DNA of 63,389 nucleotides, counting the filler, from Octopus bimaculoides (Eukaryota): assembly GCF_001194135.2 (NCBI RefSeq). It is 4 parts of 4 records of this genome, joined end to end, with 100 filler letters (N's around TTAATTAATTAA, not from the genome) between each part and the next. Parts side by side here need not be neighbours in the genome. Positions count along the whole stretch, not along the records: positions 31,603 to 62,170 come from NC_068983.1; positions 62,271 to 63,389 come from NC_069005.1; 2 more parts are not named here. The stretch is one strand, 5' to 3'. The notes below the pieces were generated by a model. The model was not told the DNA's origin, ran no database searches, and worked only from the letters and a program-made list of their open reading frames with translations. The position numbers and the translations under genes were made by a program. Positions 48,412 to 63,101 of this stretch are shown piece by piece (position 1 is the first letter of the stretch; each line of letters opens with the position of its first letter).

Positions 48412-51400
48412 CTCTACAGTATGAAACAGATAGATATACACGTGCTTCTAGTAGGTGCATATATAATTTATGTACTTGCATACATACATACATACATACA
48501 TACATACATACATACATACATACATAAATACATACATACATATCAGGATATGTTCTTAACTTCCATTCGAGAATATTATGACTTAAAGAATTCAATACAA
48601 TGATGAGAAGCGTAAATATAATTTATGCAAATGAATATTTGACAGCTGTACAAAAGTTTTAGTTTTATTGCAATTTATAGAAGATACGAAATACTGGAAA
48701 GAAGCGCAGCTATTATAGTTTAAGTGAAGAGAGAAAAAATGTATATCAAAATAAAACATAGCTTTTGAGACAACGGTTGTAAATTATGCTCAGAAATAAA
48801 AGTATATGTATGTGTCGCTGGAAAAGTAATCTTCTACGTAGAAGTAATCGTAAAATATTATTAGGATCCATTCTTCATAGAAATAGCGTTTTGGGATTGA
48901 ATAATTTGAAATCACATTAGCTTATTTCGGTTTATATGCGTTAGATTAGTAGGAAGGGTTGAAGGATTTATTAACGTACTTATTTTATTGTTAAAGCAAT
49001 TTCATTAGCATTGTGTAATGCAATTTTAATTCTTCAAAATACGGTGTCTTTAGTTTTTATCTAAATATTTTATCTAAATATTTTCTTGAATATTTAATAA
49101 CTTAAATTTTAATAGTAATATATATATATGACTAGAAAATATTTGATTGCTGCGATGACAAAAAAAAAAAAAAAAGAACTGGAAAAAGAAAATTATTTCC
49201 AATGGGAAATATAATATTCTTTTTAAATGATTCGAATAAATAAATAAACGGTTCGATGCATATATTAGCAATACAGTTATTAAAATGATTTAGTGAGGAG
49301 AAATACTGTCACTGAAAACATTCATTTGATACGGATGAGGTATGCTGCTAATAGGAAACTAAGGAACTGAGAATACCAGAGACAAGCAGAATTGTTCAAT
49401 AGTAATGAAATAGATTTTGAAGAAAACTGGGAGTGATTTATTGAAAATAAACCCAGGCAAAATATAAAGTTAGTGAAACAAGCCTGCAATTAAAATAATC
49501 TTATATGAATGAACATCAAACATTGAATAGTAGACATGGATGAATATAGAATAACACACTCACACACAAACACACACACACACACACACACACATTCATT
49601 AATTGAACATGTGATGATTGATTCGTAAATCAAGCTACCAATGTGTCACTCAATTAACAGAGCAGTTACACTATGTACCCGATTGTCTTCCATTTGTCAC
49701 CTTTGTATATGTGGGTGCATAATGTATAGGCGCTCGACGTACATCAATTCTAAACACCTGAACAAAAAATAATGTTATAACGAACATTTTGAGAGCTTTT
49801 CCAATCCTGCAAACATTTCCTTGCATAAAAAGGAGTTGAGGAGAAAGATAGAGGTGGGGAGACAGGCAAATAGACTGACAGGCAGACAGGCAAGGATTAA
49901 GCTCTCTTCTCTCGTCTGCAAGTTGTTATTTTAGTATAAATATCTACGCCAATTTTGTATCTATTCTGGCAACAAGATGATTATATTCTGAGTGAAGAAT
50001 TCATTTCTCATTTAAGTTCTGTGGTTTGTTTCAGCGTTTTCTCAGAGAGATTTTGTCTGCCGTTTATAATAAATTTGCTGCGTATCAAACAGTGAGACAA
50101 ACCAACTGCGAACAACATCGATGTTTAGATTTGAACTGAAAGTACATGCCTGTACGTATAGCTTCATAGATGTGTACGAATAAGAAACATCATTAAATGT
50201 CTTCTCCAGGTGGTGCTATTTAGTTAGTTATGGCCTGGGCCAATTCTAGCCGAAGTTTCAATATATATAAGTGTGTGTGTGCGTGTGTGTGCGTGTGTGT
50301 GTGTGCATACATACATAAACAAACGTATATATATATATATATATATACGCACTCATTTAGATTACTAGTATCATTATTATTATCATTATTGAGTGAGAGA
50401 GCAGAGCATGCCATCAAAATGACACTCGGGTAAAATATACGAAGCCCAGTATACCCATCATGACTACCCGTCTGATAAGGGCACACCAGTCACATGCATC
50501 ACAACCATATGTGTGCGACATGGTGGTCTCATATCAAGATATACAGCGCATGACCTTGCAGGTGGGGATCCATCCCCTTCAAAAGGTCCCCGAATAAGGG
50601 TTGTTTAAGGATGTTGAACAAAGCACCTATCAGGGAATAATAATAATGATGATGATGATGATGATTATGATGATGATTATAATAATAACAACAACAACAA
50701 TAATAATATTATTATTATTATTATTATTGTTGTTGTTGTTATTATCATTATCATCATCATCATAATCACCATCACCATTATAATTATTGAAATACTCGGG
50801 AAAGTACTGTTTTCTCGGATTTTGTATGAAAATACTTTTCAAACTGTGTTCAAGAATTCTGGGAGATGAATTTAAGACCTTGGGCAGAGAAATCTTTAAA
50901 ATATCCTGCAAAATGCTATTAATTTTACTGAATTGTCAAACTNNNNNNNNNNNNNNNNNNNNNNNNNNNNNNNNNNNNNNNNNNNNNNNNNNNNNNNNNN
51001 NNNNNNNNNNNNNNNNNNNNNNNNNNNNNNNNNNNNNNNNNNNNNNNNNNNNNNNNNNNNNNNNNNNNNNNNNNNNNNNNNNNNNNNNNNNNNNNNNNNN
51101 NNNNNNNNNNNNNNNNNNNNNNNNNNNNNNNNNNNNNNNNNNNNNNNNNNNNNNNNNNNNNNNNNNNNNNNNNNNNNNNNNNNNNNNNNNNNNNNNNNNN
51201 NNNNNNNNNNNNNNNNNNNNNNNNNNNNNNNNNNNNNNNNNNNNNNNNNNNNNNNNNNNNNNNNNNNNNNNNNNNNNNNNNNNNNNNNNNNNNNNNNNNN
51301 NNNNNNNNNNNNNNNNNNNNNNNNNNNNNNNNNNNNNNNNNNNNNNNNNNNNNNNNNNNNNNNNNNNNNNNNNNNNNNNNNNNNNNNNNNNNNNNNNNNN

Positions 51401-52689
51401 NNNNNNNNNNNNNNNNNNNNNNNNNNNNNNNNNNNNNNNNNNNNNNNNNNNNNNNNNNNNNNNNNNNNNNNNNNNNNNNNNNNNNNNNNNNNNNNNNNNN
51501 NNNNNNNNNNNNNNNNNNNNNNNNNNNNNNNNNNNNNNNNNNNNNNNNNNNNNNNNNNNNNNNNNNNNNNNNNNNNNNNNNNNNNNNNNNNNNNNNNNNN
51601 NNNNNNNNNNNNNNNNNNNNNNNNNNNNNNNNNNNNNNNNNNNNNNNNNNNNNNNNNNNNNNNNNNNNNNNNNNNNNNNNNNNNNNNNNNNNNNNNNNNN
51701 NNNNNNNNNNNNNNNNNNNNNNNNNNNNNNNNNNNNNNNNNNNNNNNNNNNNNNNNNNNNNNNNNNNNNNNNNNNNNNNNNNNNNNNNNNNNNTGTGTGT
51801 GTGTGTGTGTGTGTGTATCTGTATCTCTATTGCGTTGTTCTTCTATTGGACTGCAGCCAGTTTAGACGAAGAGGGTTTAGCGGATCATATCGACTCGAGT
51901 CGTTATTTCGGTTTGATACACATTTTATCGAAACCTATTTATCGATTCACTAAGTTGCCGGAAATAAAGGGCTAAACCACATGTATTTCACCTGTTAAGT
52001 GACTCCTGTAAACATAAGCACATGAAAAACACCACAGCTACTTATACAACATAAAAACTAGAACTCCTGTAAACTTGTCTGTCTAGTTTGCTTAACACTG
52101 CATGCATTGGAGACGTGTATTAATTAACTCATGGTGCACAACAATGCGGTTTCAAATAACAATTTGAACTGTAATGTGTTACATTTTAAAATAAACATAC
52201 AATTTTAGCTTCATTGTGTAAAATAAACAAAATGGTTGTATCAGAGTTTTATCTCTCCATAGACAGGAGAAAAATAAGATCGTTCCGACTAACTTTCAGT
52301 TTTTTATATGTTCTTCAGACAAAACTATGTTACTAACGTCTCTACGAATAAAAAAAAAGATAGGCGGTTTCTTTCTTTTTTTTTTTTTGTCTAAATACAC
52401 GCATGTGGTAAACTGTATAAATTCCGTTCTCCGGGTGAATGTTGGTACTGACGTAATTTGATCTCTACTATGGTTTCATATATTGTACCAATCGTACTCT
52501 TTTCAACTTTTCTTAACTCAGCTTGAATCACCTACGTACATATTTTCATACATATATGCAAAGACACACACGCACACGTTTATATACATTCATACACATA
52601 CTACACACACATACACACACACACGCGCGCACACACACTCATTCATTTATTCATTCATTCGGGACTCATTGTGCCTTGTGGAACTTGAT

Positions 52690-53420
52690 GCGACAGCAAA
52701 ATCATTCCACCTTCTAACACTGACAGCGTCCTTAACAACTTGTTCCATTGTTACTCCTTCTGCTTTTAAGATCTTTTGTTATTGTTCTTCGTCACGTTTC
52801 CTTTGGTTGGCCATGTTTTCTTTTACCTTGCGGAATCCATTGCAAAGCGATCCTGACAATTGAGTTCGGTTTATAGCGACAAACTCCACCCATCTATTTC
52901 CATCTCCTTGCTTCAATAGTTTCTCTTATTGGTTTCACGTTAGCCTTGGTGTGTAGTTGGTTATTCGGGATCGTATTCTGCCAGTAGACCTTCAAAATAT
53001 TTCCTAAATATTTCTTTTGAAACACCTCCAATTTCTTTTCAATACTTTTGGTTGTTTTCGAATATTCGGATCCATAGAAGAGGATGCTAAGTACGTTGCT
53101 TTTGTAGAATTGTATTTTGGTTCTCTTGCTGAGTATTGGTGATTTCCAAATTGAGTTTAACTTATCGAATGATTGGTTGGCTTTGCTGATTCTTGTATTT
53201 ATTTCATGAATGCAGTCTCCATCCATTGTTATTTTGGTGCCGAGATAGTTAAATTCGTCAACATCTTCGCATTTTCGATTGGTTTATCGTTCAAAGTCAC
53301 ACCTGTTGCATTTTTATAAAGAATGTACGTTTTCCTCTCGTTGATTTTGAGACCTATGGTGTTGGCTATTTGACTAAATCTTCCAGATTTGTCTTTTAAC
53401 TATTGAGGCGTATATGAGAA
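52690..53420 (-). mobile_element. RTE-clade LINE fragment (3' part of reverse transcriptase ORF)
   Basis: Translation contains FNYLGTKITMDGDCIHEINTRISKANQSFDKLNSIWKS...LSKRTKIQFYKSNVLSILFYGSE...KLEVFQKKYLGNILKVYWQNTIPN...RRWK, typical of RTE RT C-termini; interrupted by stops and frameshifts. Confidence 0.9.
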
Positions 53421-54968
53421 CAAATACATGTCATTTAAACCTTCTAGCTGATTTGTGTTCCAGTGTATGCACACAAACGCACACACACACAAACACACAC
53501 ACACAAACACACACACACACACGCACACACATACACACACACAAATACACACACATACACAGACTCTCTCTCATATATATATATGTAAATGTGTGTTTTT
53601 TATATCAAGTTATACATAAAAAATAATTTAAACTGCAATAATGTAAAATGCAAAGTTACTCAACTATTTATAATAGAGAACATGTTTATTAAACTAGTGC
53701 TAGGAAAAGGTTGACAGGGATTTCGAAGTATCAACAATCTGAGGAAAGCGACCAATATTTGCTTCTATATTTAGCTGTAATAAAATCAATTTTACATTAA
53801 TTCATTGTTCTTCAGCAAGAATAGCAATGACAGTAAATTCGAAGTTTCGGACAGTCCGATGATGGCTTAGCCGGCCTAAACTTCGAAGTCCCTGTCAATG
53901 ATATTCTTAATAAAGAATATGTGTATGTATGCATGTATGTATGTATCTACGTATGTATGTGTGTAGAGCAAACTACTAATTGTATATAAAATACTAAAAC
54001 TACCAGATATTTTTATACAATATATTTGAGAGTGAGCTAGAAATGCTATGAACACCTTCGAGAAAACTGAACACTGACGCTCTTCTTGAATTCTAGAAAG
54101 CATGTTAACCATTGCACTATGAGCCATTTTTATTTACACATTTTTCTAATTAGTCATACAAATGTTTATCTTATTTGCGCGCCAGGCGCTTTGATCTTTG
54201 AGAATATGTGACAACAGTCTTTCAGATTAAACAGAACAACTTAACGCATGACAAATTTAGAAATTTACTGGTGATGTCAAAAATGATGCCACACCCATAT
54301 TGATGCGATGATTCTTGAGATGGATGTAGTTTAAATTTATAAATGTATATGTTATATATATATATATATATATATACATATGTATATATATATATATNNN
54401 NNNNNNNNNNNNNNNNNNNNNNNNNNNNNNNNNNNNNNNNNNNNNNNNNNNNNNNNNNNNNNNNNNNNNNNNNNNNNNNNNNNNNNNNNNNNNNNNNNNN
54501 NNNNNNNNNNNNNNNNNNNNNNNNNNNNNNNNNNNNNNNNNNNNNNNNNNNNNNNNNNNNNNNNNNNNNNNNNNNNNNNNNNNNNNNNNNNNNNNNNNNN
54601 NNNNNNNNNNNNNNNNNNNNNNNNNNNNNNNNNNNNNNNNNNNNNNNNNNNNNNNNNNNNNNNNNNNNNNNNNNNNNNNNNNNNNNNNNNNNNNNNNNNN
54701 NNNNNNNNNNNNNNNNNNNNNNNNNNNNNNNNNNNNNNNNNNNNNNNNNNNNNNNNNNNNNNNNNNNNNNNNNNNNNNNNNNNNNNNNNNNNNNNNNNNN
54801 NNNNNNNNNNNNNNNNNNNNNNNNNNNNNNNNNNNNNNNNNNNNNNNNNNNNNNNNNNNNNNNNNNNNNNNNNNNNNNNNNNNNNNNNNNNNNNNNNNNN
54901 NNNNNNNNNNNNNNNNNNNNNNNNNNNNNNNNNNNNNNNNNNNNNNNNNNNNNNNNNNNNNNNNNNNN

Positions 54969-55018
<50 letters not shown>

Positions 55019-55196
55019 GTATACACATATACATATATATATATATATACATACATACACATATATATATGTGCATACAACATATATATATGTATATATG
55101 TATTTATATAGATATATGTGTGTGTATGTGTGTGAGTGTGTATGCATTTTAACAGGTCAACGTTACACTGAGGTTCTTTAGGTCTTGTTTCTTTAC

Positions 55197-55263
55197 CTGC
55201 AGATCATTTTCAAAGAGTAGCTCGGAAGTAGTCTGTAGATGACATTAAATTCTTCTATTTCAT
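55197..55263 (-). CDS. Possible further exon of the minus-strand gene
   Basis: Donor CAG|GTAAAG at 55196. Either acceptor tatttatag (67 nt, [22 protein letters not shown]) or catctacag at 55233 (36 nt, [12 protein letters not shown], phase 0-0). Ambiguous. Confidence 0.3.
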
Positions 55264-58200
55264 CTATAAATACTCTGTTGTATTAACATCACTACTCTCT
55301 CTCCTTTTCGTTCTATCTATCATATACGTAGCTTATATATATATACATATGTATACATGTATGTGTAAAATATACAGTACAATATATGTGTGTGTGTATC
55401 TATATATATATCATGTGTGTGTGAGTGTGTGTATGTATGTATGTGTGTGTGTGTGTGTGTGTGTGTGCGTGAATGTATATTTTGTCTTTCGTAACAAGTT
55501 TTACAATGTTATTTCCGTTTCCATTCTATATTAAACCCTTCCTTAGTTATTGTCAACTCTGTCGAAAAAGTGCCATTTAACGTATTCATCACACATCTTG
55601 AGGCATTGAATAATATAAAGCATATAAGCCTTATTCTTACGAAAAATAAAATACATAAGAATATATACGCACGAGTGTCCATGCGTATTTCTGATTATTT
55701 GTGTATTGATAAGAACTTAGATGTATAAGGGAATCGAAAGAAGAGTGTATATAGTTACGTATTCTCTACAATAGAAGAGATGTTAAAATTTTAAAAAGAA
55801 TTGCTTATTTTATCGTATCTCTAAAGCGGTGAGCTGGCAGAATTGTTAGCACGCTGGACAAAATGCTTGGCAGTATTTCGCCTGTTGCTATGTTCTGAGT
55901 TCAAATATTCGCCGAGGTCGACTTCGCCTTTCTTCCTTTCGGAGTCGATAAAATAAGTATTTACATACATACATACATAATGAGACTTACTCTATTGAAG
56001 AAAGAGGGATGAATAGTAAAGTAGCTAATGGTGAGATTTAAATACCAGATATGATTGCAAACTTCCGTAACGCAATACTTCGGCTCATTACTTTTCTTTT
56101 TTGTCTTATCTGTTATGATTCTCACTGTTTTAGCATTGGAATACATCAATAAATTGCCTGTTAAAGTTATGCCTTTCTACTCTCCCCGCCGGACTTGTCA
56201 CTCTATGTAAGAGTTAAAAACAAAACTAAACCGATTCTATAAACATATGTTCTTCAGTCAAAATTGTCATGGAATCTTAGTTTTACACACAATTAGAAGC
56301 AGAGAGCCAGTCGAAACGTAATTTATCTTTGCAAGTAAGATGAAACTAAAATTATCATGTATACGTTTGTCGCAAGTCGCAATTACAACTCATCGGCCAT
56401 GTCTGCTTATTCGATAAGCACCAATATTTTGTTCTTCTTTAATGCTTTTTTCCCCTTTCCTCATTTCTTTTCTCTCCATTACCGTTGTAAGGAATCATTC
56501 AATTCTCAGCAGATAATTTACAGCAACATTTGTCAGTAATGAACAGGTTTTCTATCTTCTACAGTCTTTAAGTGAACCTTGACCTACAGACGTGGAGTTG
56601 TCTCCCGTACAAATTATTATTCACTCACTAATACCATTTTATTCTTCACCGAATCATTTGTTCTAATTAACCTTTTAATGTCCCCAGCAATAAATGCGTT
56701 TGCACTAACATAACTAAAATAATTTAGGTCTCATCATAATACTATCTAATAATAAGCAAAACGTGAAATTGATTTTTTTTCACTCACTCTTTGTCTTTTT
56801 ATTGTTATTTCTGTTAGTTTTTAACAGTGGAACTCGAAGTACGTGAAGCTATAAATAATGGTCTCGAATTTTCGTACAAGGCAAACATTTGAGAGGAGAA
56901 GGTAAGACAACTATATCGAACCCAGTGCACAACTGGTTCTTATTCTGTCAATCCCGAAAGAATGAAAAGCAAAGTCGACCACGGCGGAATTTGAACTCAG
57001 ACCGTAAAGATGGACAAAATACCACTAAGTATTTTGCCCGACGTGTTAATGACTCTACCAGCTCACCGCTTTAAAAATCCCATCAATATTAGTGTATAAA
57101 TATTGGGTTGAAAATCTATTTGGACATAGAAAAGTCGAAAGCTGCCCGTCTTTTTCAATTCAAAGTAATTTTTCAACCCAATATTTACACGCTTTTCTTT
57201 ATAACTTTATCTACTTCAAGTTTCGTCGTTAAAACCGAAGTATTTCATGTCTCACAGTTTCTAAATTCTTACCACGTAAAACAACATTTTTGTTCTTATT
57301 TGCTTGTAATTTCCATTATTTTCGCTGTATCAGTAAGGCCTTCTCGAGAATATTCATTTAATTTTTCCTTGGTACAAATATATAAATGTCAACCTGTCCC
57401 CTGTAATTGTTGTAGCAGTGTTTCATGTTGCATCGCAATTTAACAAAAAATATTCCACAGGTTATGAATTTTCATGCATAGGATCGGGGACAACATCTAA
57501 GAGAGCATATTTATTTTGGTGATCAGAGTAACACAGAAACTCTGAGTTTTCTTGATTAGCATTTCCAGTGTACATATTTCTACAAACCATTAACATAAAA
57601 ATGTATTAATATATTAATGTTTCTTCATTCGATGTAAAGAAACAAATACTTCTAGTTCATCATTGTTATGTCGTCCAGCCATCGTCCTTGTGATAAATCT
57701 TTACAGTGAAAAACTCTCTTCTTTCTACAATTACTGCTTACAGCCAAATGTCGCGAAACGACAACACCAAAGAACATTTGCTGTTGAATACTATTCGTCT
57801 TAATTTTGTGATGATAATGTTTTTGGTATTGTTAAAGATGTGATTGCAGTGGTATTGTTCAGTAAATCTGGTTAACTAGGCTTCAGTTGAACAATAGCAT
57901 AAAGTTATATTGTTAATCATTAAAATGATGAACCGTTAGTAACAAGCAACAAACAGGACAAGCAGCAACGATGTGAATATATATATATATATATGTATGC
58001 ATATATATATCACTTATTAGTTTCTAATCAGATTTCGTAGACCATTCTCTTCAACCTTGTCCTGTTCAGCTGGTTCTAAAATAATCGTCCTCATGAAACG
58101 TAGAATTGGGACACTCTCGAACAGCGTACTGTCTACAATTGGGCAATGTGGCTATATGAGTTCTCGGTACAACACTGAAAACTTTGTTTGCACAAAGACT

Positions 58201-58526
58201 ATCGAGAACAAATGAACCAGTCTCAGAGCAATTTCTTTCTAGTTCACTGAAATATTTAATTTAGTAATACAAACTAACGTGACATTTGCCAGTTTCGCAG
58301 TACTCCCTCTGACTGTTAACAGCGGGCAGTTCTATCTATTTACAATAAGTGTTGTTGGTTACTTCTAGGTCAGAAATAAAATTAAAGACATTACGGACAT
58401 GTCCAGTTAATTTTTCTTGCCAGATATCTCGATCTTTATCTAATAAGTTCTGCCTTATATGAAGGAGATTTCACTGTTATTTCTAGCAGCTTGATCGACT
58501 AAACAGAAGCTTCTTCGTTGGCTGTG

Positions 58527-58587
<61 letters not shown>

Positions 58588-60699
58588 CGTGCGTGCATTT
58601 GTGTATGAGAGAGAGAGATGGGGTAAGGAGAGAGGGGTTGTGGCATCACGCGAGCGCACGTGATAGAAATTATCACTTCACAACTTTGAGATCTCGGGTT
58701 CGATTTCACAATGCACTTCCTTCTGCAAATGTGGTTTGGTGTACCCACGGATGGATTTATACCTTGTAGGTAGGCGGAAACTGTGAGGAAGCTTGTCGGA
58801 TCGAGTGTTGATTGTAATACACTGGATTAATAAACTACATGTACGGTTATAGAGTGGTTAGTGAGCTCAACTGATTAAATAATTAGATTAATCATCGTTG
58901 AAAATGAGGGAAGATCTTTTGTAGACGCATTTATTACTGTGTGTATGACTGCCTATATATATAGGTATATATGTCTGAATATGCACGTATGTAAAAATTG
59001 CGTATTTATTAGCGATTTTGTTATTAGAAAACAGAACTAATAATAAATAAATCTAGGGCGGAACATATAACAGGGATTTTGGTGTTTCTACATTTCTATC
59101 CCTATATATATATATATATATATATATNNNNNNNNNNNNNNNNNNNNNNNNNNNNNNNNNNNNNNNNNNNNNNNNNNNNNNNNNNNNNNNNNNNNNNNNN
59201 NNNNNNNNNNNNNNNNNNNNNNNNNNNNNNNNNNNNNNNNNNNNNNNNNNNNNNNNNNNNNNNNNNNNNNNNNNNNNNNNNNNNNNNNNNNNNNNNNNNN
59301 NNNNNNNNNNNNNNNNNNNNNNNNNNNNNNNNNNNNNNNNNNNNNNNNNNNNNNNNNNNNNNNNNNNNNNNNNNNNNNNNNNNNNNNNNNNNNNNNNNNN
59401 NNNNNNNNNNNNNNNNNNNNNNNNNNNNNNNNNNNNNNNNNNNNNNNNNNNNNNNNNNNNNNNNNNNNNNNNNNNNNNNNNNNNNNNNNNNNNNNNNNNN
59501 NNNNNNNNNNNNNNNNNNNNNNNNNNNNNNNNNNNNNNNNNNNNNNNNNNNNNNNNNNNNNNNNNNNNNNNNNNNNNNNNNNNNNNNNNNNNNNNNNNNN
59601 NNNNNNNNNNNNNNNNNNNNNNNNNNNNNNNNNNNNNNNNNNNNNNNNNNNNNNNNNNNNNNNNNNNNNNNNNNNNNNNNNNNNNNNNNNNNNNNNNNNN
59701 NNNNNNNNNNNNNNNNNNNNNNNNNNNNNNNNNNNNNNNNNNNNNNNNNNNNNNNNNNNNNNNNNNNNNNNNNNNNNNNNNNNNNNNNNNNNNNNNNNNN
59801 NNNNNNNNNNNNNNNNNNNNNNNNNNNNNNNNNNNNNNNNNNNNNNNNNNNNNNNNNNNNNNNNNNNNNNNNNNNNNNNNNNNNNNNNNNNNNNNNNNNN
59901 NNNNNNNNNNNNNATATATATATATATATATATATACATATACGTATATACATATTATACATATACATACATACATAGAAAACAAGTAAAACAAGAAACA
60001 GCAAAATAACAAATAAGAGTGCATGAAATAAATATGATTTCGTCGTAAGAAAGAAACGTGAAGAATCAAACGTTTCGCACAGCGATCATTCATCAAAAAT
60101 AGTAATGAATGAGAGTGAAAAACATGAAGTAAAAACAAAATGCTGTTGATTTCAGAATAAAGTAATATGGTAAATGACGATAAAAGTTTGCAGCACAGAG
60201 GTGCATATTAGATTGTTCTGCAGCCCAAACGACGAAAGGACACACACATACTCACAGTCATACAACAAGCTCGCACATACATCTGAATACACACACGTAC
60301 AAAAGTAACATGCTTACAAAATTTCCTACGTACTTCCTGATTATTTACGCTTTTCTTCTTCAGTTGTTGCCCAATTTGCTACACGCCACTGTTCTACACA
60401 CCCACTCAATCTACATCCCTTCTGTCATTCACGATGCGACTTTTCCAAAATCAACAACATTTGGTTTCATTGAATCTTCTTTTAGTATTTCACACTCTTT
60501 CTGATTTTGACAAAGGATCAGCGTACAAAACGTTAAATCTCTTCTGTTCTTTCCACACAACCTAATCATATCAACTTTGTCTTCTCATTTCTAGTCCTGT
60601 TGTTTATTTTTTTGACTTGTTTTTGTCTTGGCTATACTTGTACTCATTTTATATCATGTATACCCTATCCAGATTCCAGGTTACATATGCATACACGCA

Positions 60700-60874
60700 C
60701 ATATATACATACACGCAACACATTATATATATATATGTATATATACATACATACACACACGCATATATATATATATAAATATATATACACATATACATAT
60801 ATATACACTTATATACGTATATATATACATATACATATGCATATTTATGTATATATACATATTCATATATATGT

Positions 60875-60951
<77 letters not shown>

Positions 60952-61135
60952 TACGTATATATATATATATATATATCCATATACATATACATATTTATGT
61001 ATATATACATATTTATATATATGTACGTATATATATACGTATATACACGCATACATGTACATATATACACACATATACATATATGCATACATATATATAC
61101 ACACACACACATATATATATACATATAAAACATGT
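60700..61135. repeat. Long degenerate (TA)n/(TACA)n microsatellite tract
   Basis: Read directly from the sequence. One of dozens of TA/CA/GA/TACA tracts; most N gaps are bordered by such repeats. Confidence 0.95.
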
Positions 61136-61401
61136 CTGATATATAGATCAAGCTAAACGTATTGTTATTCCTTAGCTATTAGATTTTTCTTTTTTTTTTC
61201 CTGAGAAAAATTTCCATGAATTTAAATGATTTGTAAAATCCGAAGACATTTCTTCAATGGATGGTATGCAAATTACTACTTCCTCCTAGCACGCCTTGTA
61301 AGACGATGTCTAATTTTAGTACTCAATAAGTTGACAGTATCTTTGCAATCTAGCATCACATGATTAAAAAGCGTTATACTGCCAATAGTAAAGGGACTTA
61401 C

Positions 61402-61470
61402 CTTCCGATTGGGGGAAGTATCTTGGGTGCAGTTTGCTACTTTAGCCATTGCGCTCTGCAGGTCTGCTAC
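61402..61470 (-). CDS. Internal exon of an unidentified minus-strand gene
   Basis: Strong acceptor ttttctttcttatattttccag and perfect AAG|GTAAGT donor; 69 nt, only frame 0 open: VADLQSAMAKVANCTQDTSPNRK. Protein not recognised. Confidence 0.6.
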
Positions 61471-62170
61471 CTGGAAAATATAAGAAAGAAAATCAAAGGT
61501 CAGACTTTTGAAAGAGCTTTTTGATATAAATTTCATATCTATCTTTTATATTTTACTTATTTCAATCATTGGACTACAGTCATGTTTGGGCGAAGCGTTG
61601 AAAGGTTTAGTCGAATAAATCAACCCCAGTTGTTTTTATTTTTAAAGTTTGGTACTCATTTTATCGATCTCTTTTACCGAACTATAAGGTTATAGCGTCA
61701 TAAGCAAACCAACATGGCTGTCAAGCGTTGGAGTCAACAGATACAAACACTAAAACATACACAATCGTCGTGCACATGCACACACACACACTTACAAATA
61801 TAAAATGTGGTTTCACGTAGTCTCAGCCTACGAAATTCACTGTCACGACATTGGTCGGTCCCGAGCTATGGTAGAAAACAATTATGCAAGGTGCCGCGCA
61901 GTGGAAATGAACTCGAGACCTCGGTTGTCAAGCGATGCTAGGGGACAAACGCAGAAACATAAACATACACACGCACGCACGCACACACACACACACATAC
62001 CTCTACATATATATACACGACGGGCTCATTTCAGTTTCCGTCTACCGAATCTTCTCACAAGGATTTGGTCGGGCCGAGGCTATAGTAGAAGGCAGTTACC
62101 CAAGGTGCCACGCAGTGAGACTGAACCTGGGACCGTGTGGTTAGTAAGCAAGCCCCTTACCACAGAGCCA

Positions 62171-62270
62171 NNNNNNNNNNNNNNNNNNNNNNNNNNNNNN
62201 NNNNNNNNNNNNNNTTAATTAATTAANNNNNNNNNNNNNNNNNNNNNNNNNNNNNNNNNNNNNNNNNNNN
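62171..62270. other. Artificial scaffold join (44 N + TTAATTAATTAA + 44 N)
   Basis: As above. Confidence 0.92.
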
Positions 62271-62918
62271 GGTACAGGACATTGCAAACAAACGTAGACG
62301 AGAACACACGAGCCACATAGAGAACATTCTACTTCATCAGCTACCCACGTTTTAACACCGGCGTTTCGACGAGCTTCGGGCAGGACGCAACGTTAAAACG
62401 GCTCGTCCCATGGATCGCAGATTAAATCTTATATATATATATATATATATATATATAGGAGACCCTCTTCAGTCATGAATGACCATGGGATTGCACCTAG
62501 AAAGTTCTGAGGCATAAGTTGGAGTAAGATTGTTTCAGGAAGACCAGCAGTCACCCATGCATACAAGCCTTTCCTCTCTACACCAACGATGTTATTCAAG
62601 GGAAAGGCAAAGGCTAACACAACTTGGCATCACTAATGTCGCAACTCATTTCTACGGCTGAGTTAACTGGAGCAACGTGAAATAAAGTGTTTTGCTCAAA
62701 ATCACAACACACAGCCCGGTCCAGGAATTGAACTCACAACCTCATGATCGTACGTTTGATACTCTAACCACTGAGCCATGTGCCTTCACTATTCGAATAC
62801 CGGAGGAAGTGTAATATGCTTTATTCATAAAGCATATTACTTTTCGTCCGGTATTCGAGTACTATTCTTTTCACCTTGTTTCACATTTATGTACTTACTC
62901 TGGTATATATATATATGT

Positions 62919-62953
<35 letters not shown>

Positions 62954-62958
62954 TGTGT

Positions 62959-63026
<68 letters not shown>

Positions 63027-63063
63027 ATGCATACATACATGCATATATATATATATATATATA

Positions 63064-63101
<38 letters not shown>

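Noticed and set aside
60600-61151. 140-180-aa YI/HT-repeat ORFs (also ~1790-2250, 46.3-47.9 kb, 54.2-55.2 kb, 62.8-63.2 kb)
   Set aside because: Dinucleotide and tetranucleotide repeats or N gaps that lack stops.
62330-62400. Minus-strand GAAAC...CTGATGA in type II hammerhead order
   Set aside because: Stems I and II cannot be formed; likely part of another repeat.
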